This document shows, in pieces, positions 62,834 to 64,000 of a stretch of 64,000 nucleotides of DNA. Both the position numbers and the translations under genes were made by a program. Position 1 is the first letter of the stretch; each line of letters opens with the position of its first letter. The notes beneath the pieces were generated by a model that was not told where the DNA came from, searched no databases, and saw only the letters and a program-made list of their open reading frames with translations. The DNA comes from Phoronis australis (lineage: Eukaryota; Animalia; Phoronida): NCBI GenBank assembly GCA_002633005.1, contig NMRA01000013.1, positions 380,490 through 444,489 on the forward strand, given 5' to 3'.

Positions 62834-63794
62834 CCATGGCATCAAAAGCAAAAAAAAGCAAATAAACCTGTCATTTGCTTCCTTGGAACTGCATCAAACG
62901 CATACTACAACAAAATGAACTTCATAAAAGTTATATTGATGTCTGTATAAATGGTTTGTCATAATTACCACCTGTAACGACAGTAATTTTAAAATCCAGT
63001 TGAGAATTGCCATGACTGCGAATATGCTTGTTCATCACAGGCATTCAAGGCAAGGCCACTGACACTTAACCACCAGGTGGCGAGACCATTTCGTCCATGA
63101 ATTCACTCAATACAACTGCCGAACAACATGCCGTGGAAACCAACGAAATTACGTACATAACAAGCAAATTACACTTATCTTTGACGTTTGATATTTTTTA
63201 GGGATTTCATCCTTGAGCATAGTTTCGCTTTCCGGTAAACATATGGTTAAATGTTGGTTAAATGTGTTTCTAATGTAAATCAAATTCTCGCTACGCTACT
63301 TTAAAAACGGGTGTTTTTCGAAAGTGGCAACCTCAATTTTAAAACTACTTCCAAACAGAAATTTGTTTTGGGGTCCCGTTTCTGCAAGGTGGGGCCTTAT
63401 TTTGCGCTGGTTCCTTAGCTGCAGCGTAGTATAGCTTAATGGATAATCCGGCATTGTGAATCACCATGTGAATCATCATGTGAAACACCATGTGAATCGA
63501 ATGCGGGATACTGCTAGAGAGCTTCACTTTCAACCTCCCCCTCGCGAGTGCTGAATGAACATATACACAATTTTGTTTTCAAAGTCGAAGTAAATCAAGG
63601 CATGAATATTGACCAATTCAAATAAATATTTTCATCCACCACAAGTACCTTCCTTGGAAGCTCTCCGTGGATAACCATATTTTTCATTGGCAAGTGTAAA
63701 CCAACTAGCCACTTACTGGAAAACAAAGGTGGACTGGTGCTTACTTCACTACCTACTTCATTGACATAAAGTACAGCACACATCACGAATTTTT

Positions 63795-63978
63795 GGCCGA
63801 CCGGTCGGAAATTGGTCGACGACCGGCCGTCGACCGGTCGTCTAGCCGACCAGCAGCCGACCAACAACGGTCGGCTAGGAGCCGTCTACTGAGTCGCCTC
63901 TGTGGTCGGCACTTGGGTCGGCTAAGTGGTCGCCTAGCGTAGACGACCAATTCGGATTAAGCGTGTCCTTGGTCGGCA
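63795..63978. repeat. Cluster of CGACC/GGTCG motifs in both orientations (probable transposon subterminal repeats)
   Basis: More than 10 copies in ~180 bp, forming nested palindromes. Confidence 0.6.
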
Positions 63979-64000
63979 ATTACCATTTTATGACTTAACG

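Overview
This is an AT-rich metazoan genomic window with spliceosomal introns. It is probably a marine invertebrate, inferred from the gene and transposon content; the species cannot be determined here. Intact host genes are (i) the last four coding exons of thymidine phosphorylase (+, 1109-10787) and (ii) a two-exon secreted neuropeptide precursor that the ORF track misses (+, 35850-37283). The precursor has a CRE/E-box/TATA promoter and a C-x6-C ring (CFLHPINC) of allatostatin-C type. On the minus strand, about 55.5 kb down to 41.2 kb holds a heavily decayed innate-immune locus. Its remnants read in order death domain, NACHT, LRRs, TIR and a STING-like ligand-binding domain, and may be a single NLR-TIR-STING fusion gene. 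An Academ transposon sits in its NACHT-containing exon. The rest is transposon debris: THAP-bearing ISL2EU-like and Kolobok-like elements, several MITE families with 5-bp TSDs, HERO, RTEX, Tx1 and CR1/L2-type LINE fragments, and a Penelope fragment with a hammerhead ribozyme and an internal inversion. Two local duplications flank single-N assembly joins and are probably haplotype or overlap artefacts. All protein-family calls come from manual translation and motif recognition; no database search was run.
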